Shown here: positions 23,723 through 36,460 of the stretch, one piece after another
Numbering within the stretch: position 1 is the first letter of the stretch
Layout: each line of letters starts with the position of its first letter
NCBI GenBank assembly: GCA_026770705.1
Contig: JANJGN010000041.1
Span: 4,588,001 to 4,652,000, forward strand
Source of the DNA: Isurus oxyrinchus
Taxonomy: Eukaryota
Reading direction: 5' to 3'
DNA length: 64,000 nucleotides
Program-made: the position numbers and the translations under genes
Notes under the pieces: model-generated
Database searches by the model: none
What the model saw: only the letters and a program-made list of their open reading frames with translations
Told to the model about the DNA's origin: nothing

Positions 23723-26071
23723 TGAGAGTCCAGCGGTGCATAACAAGCGGGCTGAAGAAAAGTCGAGGTGGAAAATGAGCAAGCACAAAAAATGCTTCCA
23801 GGGATGAGCAACTTCAGTTCCATGGATCGATTGAAGAATTTGGGACTGTTGTCCTCAGAGATGAGATGGTCGGGAGGAGAGCTGCTCAAAATCATGACAG
23901 TTCTGGGCCAGAGTGGATCAGGAAAAGCTGTTCACATTGGGGGAAGGATGAAGAATCAAAGGGGCACAGGTGGAAGAGTACAGACTGACCCCAAGTCCTT
24001 CACATCCTCCCAAACCAAACGTGTCAACTATTGACGTGTGCCTTATTGCATGTGTAATGCATAGTTTTCAATGAACCATAATTCAATTGAAAATTCATGT
24101 TTAATTTAGACTCATTTTGCATTGCAGGCTACCAATGGTAGCTACGTCAGTTTTTAGTGTTTCCTTAGCTTGATTCTTGTATGGGGCCAAACATCATTGG
24201 CTGAAAAAATATTTTTTGAAACTCCTGATCCCATTAAAGTCTCTTCAAATATGCAGAGCTTGCATTCATTATCTCTGCCTCGCTATCAGCCTGTGTCTTG
24301 ATACTTGCTGTTGGAGTGTGTCCTCAGTGCAAAGAGCGGACTTCACCTGCATTCATACTGAGAGGCGGTCACTCCTAATAAAACAGTTGTCATGGGCAGA
24401 TGAACGTGGGTTGGTGAGGATGATGCTAAGTAGGTTTTGTTGCCCCTGTCAGCAGGAGACACCAGCCCAAATTTTCGGGACTATCCTTTAAGAACAAAGT
24501 GCCTAGGAGCAGAAAACGGTCATTAGTTCCATCGATGAGATCATGGCTGACCTGATAATCCTGAAGACCATTTTCCCGGCCTTTCCCCCATAAAACTTGA
24601 TTCACTTACTGATTAAAAATCTATCTGTCTCAGCCTTGAATATTCTTATCCATCCAACCTCTACATGCCTCTGCGCTAAAGACTTCCACAGATTGAATAC
24701 CTTCCTCCTCATCTCTCTTTTACTCTGAGTTTATGCCCTCTGACCATAAACTCTCCCACAGGGCGATACAACCATCCTGGGCAATGCAGCCCACTTTAAT
24801 GGCACCACGTCTAAGAACATTCACTTCCTCCACCAGCGAGACACAGTAGCATCAATGTGTACCATCCAGAAGATGCACTGCAACAACTGCCAAAAGCTCC
24901 TTCGACAGAGTCGCACAAATCCTCACCCACTACCATCTAGAAGGACTAGGGCAGCAGCCTCATGGGAAATCCACCAGCTGGAAAATCCCTTGTGAGCAAC
25001 GCACTATCCTGGCTTGGAAATATACCGGCCATTCCTTCACCGCCCCGAATCAAAATCCTGGAACACCCTCCCTAACAGCACATTGAGTGCACCTACAGGA
25101 CAGCGACTGCGGCATTTCAAGAAGTTGGCTCATCACAACGTTCCCCAGAGGCAATTAGGAAAAGGCAATAATTGTCATCCCGGCCAGTGAAGCACATATC
25201 CTGTAAATAAATACAAATGACATCTACCATTTCAAGCACCATATGAAAGTTTTATCTTGCAATAAGACCGCCTTGAATTCTTCTAAACTGCAGTGAGTAC
25301 AGGTCCAACCTACTCAACCACTCCTCACAAGAAAATCCCTCCATCCTCAGGATTAGCCAAGTGTACATTCTCTGGACAACCTCCAATGCCACTATATCTT
25401 ACCTTAGATAAGGGGGGCAAAACAGTTCACCGTTTTCCACGACTCAGTCAGCTCACTCAATGGTGGTGCTAACAATCCTGTCTTCATGCTAGGCATTGAT
25501 AGCATTGACCCAGATTGCTCTCAGTAATCCTGCTCCCCCGAGTGCTTCTTCCAGCTGTGCATCAGTGTGGTATATTCATTCATCAGCTGAGGTGGGACCA
25601 GGAGGCGTTAGCATGCTGGTGCCACCAATTGCCATATACGCCCTGTTGCTATGTGGTATTGGGATCCAGGAGGACTGTTTAGGGTGTCCAGGACCACATA
25701 CCTGCTGGATGTGGTGGATCTTTCGTGTGGATGGGGGACAAAGGCGGTGATGAATGAGCCTGGGATGTAGAGCGGAATTAAATCACAGCATTGTTGAATC
25801 CACCAGTTGGAAAGCAGACTCTGTTGCTCCCTGTTCCCCACTCTCCCCACCATCCTCTCCGGCCTTGCCTATATGGCAGCACATGCCAGTTCACCCGAGA
25901 AATGAGACATGGACAGGAGGCGGTGAGCAATGCAATGAGACGTTATTCACATGGTTCAGTAAAGCGGTGGGATCGGGTTCAAGGGGATTCTCCGCGTCTG
26001 AATGAAACAGCAATCAAGATTAGCTTCTGTCGGAGCCTCGGACATAGGTGCATCCTCCATGGCCTTGGGCC

Positions 26072-27683
26072 TCATTTAGACATGCATCAGTGAAAGTCTC
26101 TGGCGCACTTGTTAGCAATCTCGTCTGATCGCTTTTGCAGGGGCTCGATTTCCAATACCCAACATGTATGCATCCGAATGCGAGGGCTGGAAAAAAGCAG
26201 GGAAAATCTCATAAGTCATTGTTTGTGGTTCAGGGGTGGTCGTGTTGTGGGGGGATGGGTAGTTCTGGGGTTGGTAGAGAGAGTGAGCATCGAGTCACCT
26301 CCATTAAAAAGTATGAGGATGAAAGTTGGCAGCTACATAACATTCAAGGTATGTGTGAAGTGTTAGTAAATGGAATTAGGTAGGTAAGGAAAGTTGTTTC
26401 TCAAGTGTCGATGCAGACTCGATGGGCTAAAAGATCTCTTCCACACCGTGTGATCATATGATAAAGAAGGTAGTTCTGTCTGTCACTCACGGGAGGGTGG
26501 TGGACCACATGGTCTTACACGGAATCTCATGTCTCCCGCTTTTCTTTAGTCAATAGTTCCTTTCAACGTGTTGACACTATTCACCTCAACCCTTCCCCTC
26601 TTATAGAAATTCCCACGTCATCACCTCTCTTGTGTGCTGATGTTTATCCTGATTTACCTATTCGATCGCCTTTTGCATCTCTTATCCTGCTGGACACCTA
26701 GATATGGCTCACGGCAACAGGTGGGAACATCTTCCTACATCTACCCTATCGAATTATCCATGTGTCACACAACAAAAACACGAATTATTCATATCTCTGT
26801 GACCGAGGGTAGACCCCCAGCAAGCTTCAGAGGAGTGTTATCAAATTGCATCAATCATCAACTCACAAGGGATACACTGGGGGAGTGACCAATTGCTAGG
26901 TCCATGGTAGGATTTTATTGAGCGACTGAAAGTTGGAGAGACGGCGTGGAAGATGTGGAGAGGTTTTGTGAATGAATTCTGGGGTTCGATTCCCAGGCGG
27001 GTGGAGACAGGGCCACGAATGTAGCATGGAATGAAATGGGTGAATGTCCAGGGGCCGGAAATGGGGTAATGGAGAGATCTTGGAGGCTGGATGGTTGGAG
27101 GGAATTACAGGGATAGGGAGGGGGCAAGATACTGGAGGGATTTGAAAACCAGAAACTGACGTCAGAAATAGATAGACCGGTTGTTTAAAGGGGATCAGAA
27201 GTAAACTTCCGGGCACAAGGTGATCAGTGAGTGTTAGGACTTAGGCAGCAGAGTTTTGTGTGCCTTCACTTTATGTAAGGTGGAATGTGGGAGAAACAGC
27301 CAGAGTTATATTGGCATAGGGAACTCAAGAATAACCAATGTTTATATGAAGATTTCACTGTCAGGTCCGATGAGACAAGGTCACTGTTGGGTGATGTTTC
27401 CGTAGTGGATATAGGTAGTCTTTGAGGTGGCAAGGATATATGGCAGGTATCACATTTTGGGATCAAATCCACACAAGTCTCTGTCTCGCAGACTTCCCAG
27501 GGACAGGGATGAAGTAAGCAGAGAGGGAACATTTGTAAGTCCAGGGCTGAAAACAATGGTGTGAATCAAAGAGTTCTCAGAGACACACTCAACTCCGCTA
27601 CCATCAGGCAGGGCTCTTGCTTGGGCAGTGGTGGTCTGCACCAGTAGCAGGCCACCAAGAACCAATAGCAGTGCTTTCATCAT
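26072..27683 (-). pseudogene. beta-defensin-like pseudogene D (exon 1 27683-27593, exon 2 26186-26072)
   Basis: Exon 1 has an intact signal peptide, MMKALLLVLGGLLLVQTTTAQARALPDGSG; the homologous donor is mutated (G|TTGAGT). Strong acceptor ttttccctgcttttttccag. Exon 2 reads ALAFGCIHVGY[W]KSSPCKSDQ/fs/EIANKCARDFH[*]CMSK*, with a 1-nt deletion near 26120 and C5=TGA at 26089-26087. Confidence 0.85.
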
Positions 27684-27735
27684 CGTCTGCCAATCTCCTC
27701 CCAGTCACAATGAGATGATCGGAGTAAGGGTGGTA

Positions 27736-27772
27736 TTTATACAAATTAAGAAAAAAAATTGTAGTTAATAAT
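27736..27772 (-). promoter_or_regulatory. promoter of defensin D: HNF1-like box + TATA
   Basis: ATTATTAACTAC at 27772-27761, TATAAA at 27741-27736, 19-nt spacer. Confidence 0.7.
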
Positions 27773-28711
27773 AATACTCTTCTGGTGGAGATTGGCTAGC
27801 ACCACGTCGTGTTAAATTAGTCATTCAGAAATTGGAAACAACAATAAATTGAATCACTGATTAAAGTGGTCTTCAAGGCAAGTTTTCATTAATCAGTAGC
27901 AGTAAAACCTCAGCAATGATTAAAATGGGGTTAGTTTATAGAATCACTGTGCTGTGATTAAACTGAAGACGCACAGTAAAGGAAGAGCCCATTGACCAAT
28001 CACGCCAGTCCTGCCTCTTTAAATGTACCATCCAATTCTAGCCCCTTCCTCCCCGAACTTTCCCCAGTTTTGTATCTCCTGATCCACTTCCCCTTCTGAA
28101 AGATAACATTGAACCTGCTTCAACTGCCGTTTCTGTCAGCGGGGTACAGTGCAAAATAACTCGCTGCTGCCAAAGAAATTTCCACATCTACTCACGAGCC
28201 CTTTGTAAATTCTCTTAAATCTGTTTTCTCTGGATCCATGACCTCCAAATTTCTAAAATATCACACACAGAAAGTTGGAAGAGGAGTTGAAGCATTCGCC
28301 CCTCGTCTCATGTTTTACCTCTCAAGAAACACAGCTAAAGCTGGTCATCAAAAAATGCTGTTTGATGGATCTTTCTGTGCCCTACTTTCAGTGGCAGTCC
28401 CCTACATTATGCTTGTAGCTACAACTCAGCACCGTACCACAGGCAGTGGGGCGTGTGTTCATCTGTCCTTTAGTGGTGAACGGTGCTATATAAATGAGTC
28501 TTCGCCCTTGCTACATTGAATCCACACCCCATTGTATCTTGTGGAATCAGACGCAATAGGGCACCGGAAAAAGAAATCCTGCACAATTCCTGCTAACACC
28601 ATTCCTCACTCGATGAATCCAAGTTGAACAACACCTGGTGGAGACACTGTTATTCGCAAAGGCTGTAATCTAATTGAGATAGTCTAAATGAGTTGTTTTG
28701 TTGAATGTAGG

Positions 28712-29914
28712 TGTTACAATTGCATATTAGCTTTAAGGTTTAAGTTTGATTTGTATTCTTGTACCTGTGTGTTAGAAAATGTCAAACAGAGATTCAGTTT
28801 CACTTTAAAATGGTACCAACATTTGTAATGAGGCATTGTCCGACCGTTGCAGCTAAGGGAATCAAACATGAGTGGAAGATTTGGGCCTAATGGCATTAGA
28901 AAGTTAGGCCCGCTCACAGGCACACACACAAAAAACCTTGACACAGCAGTTTTCATTTGGAAGCAGTTGGATTTTAGCAGGTTTTTAAGGTAGCTGCCAT
29001 GCAGGAACAGCCTAGAAGAGGTCGGATAGCCCAGCCCAAGCAGAAGGAACCCTCAAGAATCCAAGGAAGCGGAACATGAGAAAGCCCCAAACAGAACTTC
29101 GTGTTAAAGGGAGGACAGAATCCTGGAAAAGCTCCTGTTAGGTGGCGCTAAGAGTGAGGGTTTGAGAAGGACTTCATGCTTCAAGTTTAAAGTGTGAAGA
29201 CTCAGAAAGCAGATGTAAAGTGAGAACAGCTTACAAGAGCCAAGAGGGTCAAAAGAGGCAACTGAGGCTCTGTAACACTTTGCTCTCGGCAATTGAAGGA
29301 GTAGTTCTTTTTTTGGCGGAGTATTTGTGAGACAATTCATTACAACAGTTTGGATGCATCTTGTGGCCCAGAGGAGAGGAAGATCAGAAGGAGAGTCACT
29401 GAAACGAACATTTGTGGAAGGTTTCTGGTTTAGCAGATGATTCCAAGCAGAGAGAAAGAGTTTGGAAGCCCTCGTGTGAAAGATGGGGCTCACTGAGACC
29501 AGACTTCTCACTTTGTGACAAGCGTCGGGCCGATTTGAGGAAAGATTCATTGCATCTGGTTGTGTGGCATCTGCCACATGATTTCACAGTGTTGTGTACA
29601 TGACTGCATTTTGCCTACTGGACATTCTACTTACTGTGAAAATTGGAGTGTAAGATAGCTTTTGTATCTTGTGTTATCTTTACAAACGTATATATAACTG
29701 TAGTTGTGGGTGAAGAAATATTGTAATATATTTGACATTTTATTCTTTAATAAATGTTGTGCTCTTTTGCTAAACGTTCCTCAGCTGACTCCAGTGACTC
29801 TTCAGTAGCCCCATCTACTTATCTTAAGAAACAAATAAAAGTGAGGGTCTATAAAGTTGGGTTTCAACTTGGTATCACGTTTGTACAGGGGTAAACTCAG
29901 CTGGGATGGCAACA
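28712..29914 (+). mobile_element. solo LTR
   Basis: Termini TGTTAC...GCAACA, internal AATAAA, flanks TAGG/TAGC (near-perfect 4-bp target-site duplication). Confidence 0.6.
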
Positions 29915-30338
29915 TAGCACATGATGTAAACTAGGTGTAAGGGGTCTCTAAGGCCGAGGAGTAACAGTGACTTAGCAGCAACATTGTTGAACGAATTTGC
30001 TGAGTCCTGATGGATATATCAAACGGGCTGGAAGGGAAGGAAGGTTCCTGTCCTTCCATTAACTCGAAAGCATGATTGAGACTTCCTACATTTCCATTCC
30101 CTTCGACTCTTGGAGACCTTCTTTAGCTTGGAACTGACTATCTTCCCCCTTTTAGGCTTTTCACACTGGCAACTATCTTGAAAACTTGCTGAATTCCAAC
30201 AGCCTCCAAAACTAACTAGTTTTTTTGTTTTTATCTCTGTGTTTAATTGACTGCCACTGCTCTTCAAGAAATGCCTACCTCCTTGAAGAAGTTCTGTTCC
30301 TCTCTGCGACAAGATTTCCATATCTCTACTCGAAATCA

Positions 30339-30475
30339 AGTTCTGTCGAAGGGTCATGAGGACTCGAAACGTCAACTCTTTTCTTCTCCGCTGATGCTGC
30401 CAGACCTGCTGAGTTTTTCCATGTAATTCTGTTTTTGTTTTGGATTTCCAGCATCCGCAGTTTTTTGTTTTTATC
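30339..30475 (+). mobile_element. Penelope-type pLTR fragment with minimal hammerhead-like motif
   Basis: AGTT CTGTCGA A GGGTC atgag GACTC GAAA CG TC AACT followed by gatgctgccagacctgctgagtttttcc... Confidence 0.7.
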
Positions 30476-32699
30476 CAAAACTAACCTGCTGTTCCTAGCT
30501 TTTGCGTGCGTTTCTGAGAGAGGACCTGCCTTTCTAAGCCCCCATGAGCAGGCAATAGCCAAAAACCTCCATTTTATACCACTTCCATCTCTCAGTGGCA
30601 GGCGGTGAGAGAAGCAACAACAGGGGTTAACTTGCTTGCCCCTGTCCTCACTGATCTACCCTGGAGCAGATGAATTTGTCTATGGCGGATATCAGCAGGA
30701 CTAACTGGCACAAACTCTTTGTAGGGGCACAGTGCAGTCTTCACTACGATGACACCTTCCATCGTGATGTCTGTCACTCTCAACTGTGTCCGGCAGCGCA
30801 AATACAGGCATCCTTGGGGCACTGTGGGGCATCTGCTGCAGAGGCAGGATTGAGCACAAAGGTAATCTGTAATCTGATGTCCTGGCACAAACTTCACTCT
30901 CCCACTGAGCTGTGTGTTTACAGACAAATCATGCAAGGTAGCGGTACAGGGAAATAGAACGCAAGCAATTTCTCATGGGCAGTTCGGAGTAGTCAAGAAA
31001 TGTTCACATCGCAGGTGGGGCACATTTTCGAAGAATGGAGAGGTGAAGGATATGGAAGAGGGTGGAATGCCTGTTGGGGTTCACCGTGCACCAATTTTGG
31101 ATACCATTTTGCCAACCTTCCAAAGTGTAGTGCTGGTGTCGGGCTGCTTATCAGCCTGTTAAACATTTGCCTTGATCACAGAACTGACTGGTCATCAGTA
31201 GCTGTACCGTATGACAGCCTTGGACAAGGGCACCAGGATCTCGAAAACGATTCGCCCCGGCACAAGGCCCCAGCTGCTTCCCTGCCGTCTGTGTGCAAAA
31301 TGCACAGGCTGGAATTCCACAAGGTTGTGAAAAATGTGTGATCTGAATCCAGGGGCACACCATTGCCCGGGGAACTTAATACCTTTGGGCCACAGAAATC
31401 TGTCAATTCTACAGTTAAATATTAGAAATAGATCTCGCACCTGTTGCTTTTGAAAGAAAGGAGTTACTAATGTGTATCACCCCTTGTGTATGGCAGTGTT
31501 GTACAGAGCAGCCTGACTAGGCCCTTTGGACTCTGTCACATAGCCTGAGTGTCGTCAACCAGTGAATATAATTTTTCTTTATCAGCCTTATATGTTCCAC
31601 TTAACACCTTAAATACTTCAACCCAACCACTCTGGAACGTTCCAAATTCCAGGGAGTACATGGATTATTTTTGTAATCTCTGCCAGTCTATTTTCCCTTG
31701 CCGCCCAGGTATCATTTCTGGTAAACGTGCCCAGCATTCCCTTCACGCCTGACAACTCACATTAGGGAAAATTGTCAATAGTTGATTCGTCTCCATCTCC
31801 CTATTTCTCTCTCTCCCTCTCTCTATCTCATTCCATTCTTAAGCAAGAGAGTGGCTTTCAGAATTACGCAGCCTCAACAAATAATTCTAGTATGGATGGA
31901 AATCCGGGAAATTATAGACTGGACATCCGCAATTTATCAGCTGTTTCCTTCAATCGCTGGCATGAAAACTATCTGACCCTGTGTTTTCGGCATCCAAATG
32001 TCCCATTATTTTCTCCACGTCCATTATGTTGTTAATTCTAGGTCTTTATGAGCATTATCTTTCAAAAAAATCAGGCTATATGTTATCTTCACTGGAAGGG
32101 CCAGAACATCTCTGCAAACCTTCGTGATTCTCAACCAATTGTAAGAATGCTTCCCTCCAACATAGCGATCTTAGCTAGTGCCCTAGTCTGACCATTCTCG
32201 ACCAATAGAGAGAGAGAGTTTGACTTTCCTACAACAATATAGCCTTAACTTGTGCCAGTTCCTAACAATTCTAGCTCTCAGTCCACAATTCTCGCCATCG
32301 GCATCCAGTTTTGGCTTGTGGTGAATGAGAACTCTGGACCCTCCGGAGCCAAAGGTCAAAATGCTTCCCAGCTCCAACTCAGTTCCATTCTGTGCTGCCT
32401 TTTCTCCTTAAAGCTAATTTACAACACTTTGTCATTTATAGAGCTGCCAACTATAGGTCAACTTAACAACATTCCAAAAGTGGATAGGAATTGCGATCTT
32501 ACGTTCCTCAGCTGATACGAAGCACCGTTCGTAACCTGAGCCTGGACAAATAGCGCAATACGTCAATGCATTGACGGACCAGAAGGTTGGAAACTCAGGT
32601 ATGCCTGCTGCTGGTTTTGAAATCGTCTCCTGCAGTCTGGAACTGCGTTTGTAATTGGGAAACATTTTGCTTTTGATCTTTGGAGATTCTAGAATTATC

Positions 32700-33600
32700 A
32701 TTCAACAGATGCCAAAACTGAATGCCAATTGGCTAAAAGGGTAGACTGAGGTGTAGAATTGTAAGGAACGTGCACAATTTAAGGCTAGATTGTTGCAGAA
32801 AAAATCAGATGTTCTCATTCCATTGTCCGAGAACCATGCTTGATTCCTTGTTTTAAAGGTCATGGTAGGATGAAGAGTATGCCGGGCCATGATCTTGCAG
32901 ATTATGTCTGAATTTAATTTTGCTGCTGCTGATGTCCCAAAGGGCCTCATGGATATTGAGATTTGAGCTGCGTGAAATGTTTTGAATCTATCCCATTTAC
33001 AGTAATGCACGTAGCACAACACACTGAAGTGTCTCCCCAGTTTGAAGACAGAGGTCTATTGTCACAAGGAGTGTGCGGTGGCCATGCCTACCAGCACCTT
33101 CAGAGACAGATGCATCTGCAGCAAGTACATTGGTGATGATGAGGTCAAGTACAATATTCCCTCTGGTTGGTTCACCTGTCTCAGGTCTATTTTGCCTATC
33201 GCGGCTCATCCACCTGGGTCTGTTGTGGTGACCAAGAGCCACTCTTGGTGATGGGCATGCAGGTCCCCCAGTAGAGAACATTCTGTGCCCATGATACGCT
33301 CAGTGTTTCTTCCATAAGGTGTTTCGAATTGATCAGATTCTGCAGAGTGATAAGTGGGAATCAGCAGCACGTTCTCATTCCCGTGTTAGCCCTCATGCTT
33401 TGTCACATAATAGAGACTGTATTTAATGCTGAGCCCTCCCAATGGGAACCCATACCTATTGTATTTCCCTGTGCCGCCATCCTGGTACCTTCCTCCTATC
33501 AGCGGGGCATCACAAACATAAGAATATGGGTGGCAAACCATTGCCATTGGCTGTGAAGTTCTGATTCTGATAGCATGACAATTCAGGAGCTACAAGATCC
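32700..33600 (-). mobile_element. LINE endonuclease-region fragment
   Basis: EPTRGNIVLDLIITN in ORF 32997..33281 is an APE endonuclease motif. Confidence 0.7.
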
Positions 33601-33896
33601 CAATGAGAAAATGCCGTGTTCTACACGTATGGCTAAATTGGAGCTGAAAAATGACAATATGACTCTTGCATTTTCTAACCTCTCCTCTCTGCCTGCTGGT
33701 CGATATGGTGACACAGCGATCCGAGTGAGAAATTACACATGGAGAAGAGGCGGTAATCAATGCAGCCATTTTTATGCAAATGATTCAAAAAGCAGCGTGG
33801 AAGGGGTCATTGGAACCATGCAATGAAAAAAAGAAATTAAAGTCAATCTCAGCCAAACCCACAGGTTGACCTGGCAGTACGATATATTCACTTTTG

Positions 33897-34493
33897 TCAA
33901 CCCCATTCAGCCTCACAACACTTAAAAATGAATCAGCACTTCCAGCGCATTAAGGCCTCTTCGTCATTGCATCCTCCCATTCTACTTGCCACTGCTTCAT
34001 CGCGAAATGGAACGGGTAGAGTGAGAAATTGGTGGGACGCAGGTATCTGGAAGATTTTTTGGGCTCGAGGAGATTACAGAGTGTCGGAGGTTCGTGATAA
34101 TGTTGGGATTTAGAAACGATTAATACAAAATATCACCGATGGACAGCATGTGGATGGGAAATTCGAGGAGAATGAGGATAGCTCTTCGGCGGATAATAGG
34201 TGAGGTTGGATTACAAAAAAAAAAACACCCAATTTTTGAAGAAGGCTAAAATAGAGACCGACAGCTTCATCTTTGGAAAGGTTTATAATGATAATGGAAC
34301 AAAAATTGTCCAATGGGCTTAAGACACATATCAGCAAAGAGCAAATTGAAATATAAAACTGGCTTGAGGGGCTGAATGGCCTCCTCCTGTGGTAATGACT
34401 GCTTCTGAGAGATAACCTCCGTGGATAACAACCGATAAGCATGGACTCCACCACCATCAGCAATCCAAGTACCAAGAGCAGTGCTTTCCACAT
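33897..34493 (-). pseudogene. beta-defensin-like pseudogene E (exon 1 34493-34417, exon 2 about 34000-33897)
   Basis: Exon 1 reads MWKALLLVLGLLMVVESMLIGCYPR with an eroded donor (GTTATC). The exon 2 remnant reads DEAVASRMGGCNDEEALMRWKC*FIFKCCEAEWG* (C-x10-C-x5-CC, internal TGA, N-terminal Cys segment lost). Its 3' flank 33700-33830 aligns by eye to the polyA region of copies C and D. Confidence 0.75.
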
Positions 34494-34545
34494 CTTCCCC
34501 TTAGCTCCCCAAAGTCACAGTTGGATGAGTGGTGTACACATGATC

Positions 34546-34582
34546 TTTATATCAACTGAGAGAGAATTATTTCGCTAATAAT
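34546..34582 (-). promoter_or_regulatory. promoter of defensin E: degenerate box + TATA
   Basis: ATTATTAGCGAA at 34582-34571, TATAAA at 34551-34546, 19-nt spacer. Confidence 0.6.
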
Positions 34583-35739
34583 CGTTGGCACCGTGAGGGC
34601 TGGATGTACGTTGGGCAGGTTAAAGGAACATTTCACTAAATGAGGACGGCTGTAACTGTAATCCCCGGCTAAATGTCTCTCCCAGGCCGGATTTTATTAA
34701 TCAACAGGTAGACTGATCTGTGTAAAGATTGAGCATGTGAAGGGTTAAAGGAATTGTTCTCTGCGTTTAAAATAAGGAACAATCTTCAGATTAAGGGGGC
34801 CATTTGGCCCACGGTGTCTCTGTTGGCTCTGTGAAAAGGGTGCTGAATTATGCCCCTTCAATCTCTTCTCTTTCCCGATTGCCACGCTATTATTTTTACA
34901 GTGCCCCATTTGAAAGTTACCATTGAATATGCTCCAATATCTTTTTGGCAGCGCATTCCAGATCACAAAAGCTTTCTGTCAAGAAGACATTCTCTTCACC
35001 TTCTCTCCACTTCCTTTGTGAATTATTTTCAAACTATTTGAACTGATTTCCAGATCTGTGCACCGTCTGAAATATCCCACCACATCTATTGGAAGTAGAA
35101 CTGAGGAGTTCGTGATGCGATTGTCCCAATATTTATCCATTGACCACTATCAAAAAACCAGGTTCACCAGCCATTATGCCGTTGCTGCTTGTGGGATCTT
35201 GCCGTGCACACGTTGACATTCATTTTCGCCACTTCACAAAAGTGGGCAAATGTCAACATTATTTCACTTTCTGTGGAAACTCTGGGATATGCCGGGGCTC
35301 TGAAATGTATGATAGACAAGTCTGCCTTTCATTTTGTTAGCATTTCCTCTCATTTCCCTCTCATCCTCTCCGCCCCCACCCACCCCTCTCTCTCTCCCTC
35401 CCTCTCTCTCTCTTTCTTTCTATCTCCGTATTTCTCACCCCCAGTTTCTACCTCGATTGCTCCCTCACTCCTTCTTATTCGCCCTCTCTCCCCCTCTCTC
35501 TCTTTCCCTCCCAATCTCTGTCTCTCCCTCTGCCTTCCTCCAACCTTCATTTCTCCATCTTTAAATTGCTGCTTCTAGATTAATATTTCTTGCTTGGACA
35601 GGTTCTATTAATATTTCATATTATTTGTGTCTCCTTTTCATTCGCTCTATTTCTGCATCTTCCTCCCATCCTATCTTTCTGAGTCCCTCACCTCTGCCTT
35701 ATCAGTGTCTTTCTTAAATTGTGTGCGATGGGCTCACTG

Positions 35740-36460
35740 GTTAGGACAACGTTAAATGCAAATTGCTCTATGCTCTTGAGAAGGTGGTGGTGAGCTGCCT
35801 TCTGAAACAGCTGCAGTACATCTGGTGCAGGTGCACCCACATTGCTCTGAGGGTGGGAGTTCCACGATATTGTCCCAGCGACAGTGCAGTAACGGAATAC
35901 ATATTTCAATAGTAGTATGCTGAGTGGCTCGGAAGGGGACATAAAGGTTCCCATCTGCCTTTTGCCCTCCCCATTCTAGATGGTAGGGGTCATGGGTCTG
36001 GGGGCGCCTTCAAAGGACGGTTGGTGGGTTGCTGCTGTGCATCTTGTAGATGGTACATACACTGCTGTTGCTGTGCGTTGGTGGCGCTGGGAGTTAATGT
36101 TTTTGGCTATGATGCTGATCAAGTGGGGCTGCTTTGTCTTGAATCGTGTCGAGCTTCATGACTATTGTAGGAGCTGCACTCGTTCAGGCAAGTGGGGATG
36201 ATTGCGTTGCACTCCTGACTTGTCCCTTTTAAATCTTCCTCTTGTGATGTCAGGAGGTGAGTTACTCCACGCAGCATTCCCAGCCTCTGACCTGCTCTTG
36301 TAGCCACATTATTAAAATGAATGTTCCAGTTCAGATTCTGGTGCATGGTAACCCCTGGATGTTCACAGTGAGGATTTCCGTGATGGTAATGGCATAGAAA
36401 GTCAAGGAGCGATTGTCAAATTCTCTCTTGTTGGAGATGGTCATTACCTAACACTCTTAA
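35740..36460 (-). mobile_element. LINE 3' fragment
   Basis: QNLNWNIHFNNVATRAGQRLGMLRGV and WNSHP...LQLFQKAAHHHLLK on the minus strand. Confidence 0.7.

Noticed and set aside
25783-25997. Apparent exon 2 for copy D (acceptor-like site, ...FLG*TGMCCH)
   Set aside because: Aligns to the 3'UTR/polyA region of copy C (gtgaataaa...catggtctcattt); the real exon 2 is 26186-26072.
26087-26089. TGA at a Cys position read as selenocysteine
   Set aside because: The same gene has a frameshift and a dead donor, and no SECIS is evident; a simple nonsense mutation is more likely.
32463-32541. Acceptor plus CFVSAEE...ECC* as exon 2 of copy E
   Set aside because: Cys spacing is too short and needs a frameshift; a better exon 2 with the homologous 3' flank lies at 34000-33897.
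34110-34493. 127-aa single-exon secreted protein (and the 77-aa ORF 27450-27683)
   Set aside because: Only the first 25-30 codons are genic (defensin exon 1); the remainder is intron read-through, CR1-derived in copy E.
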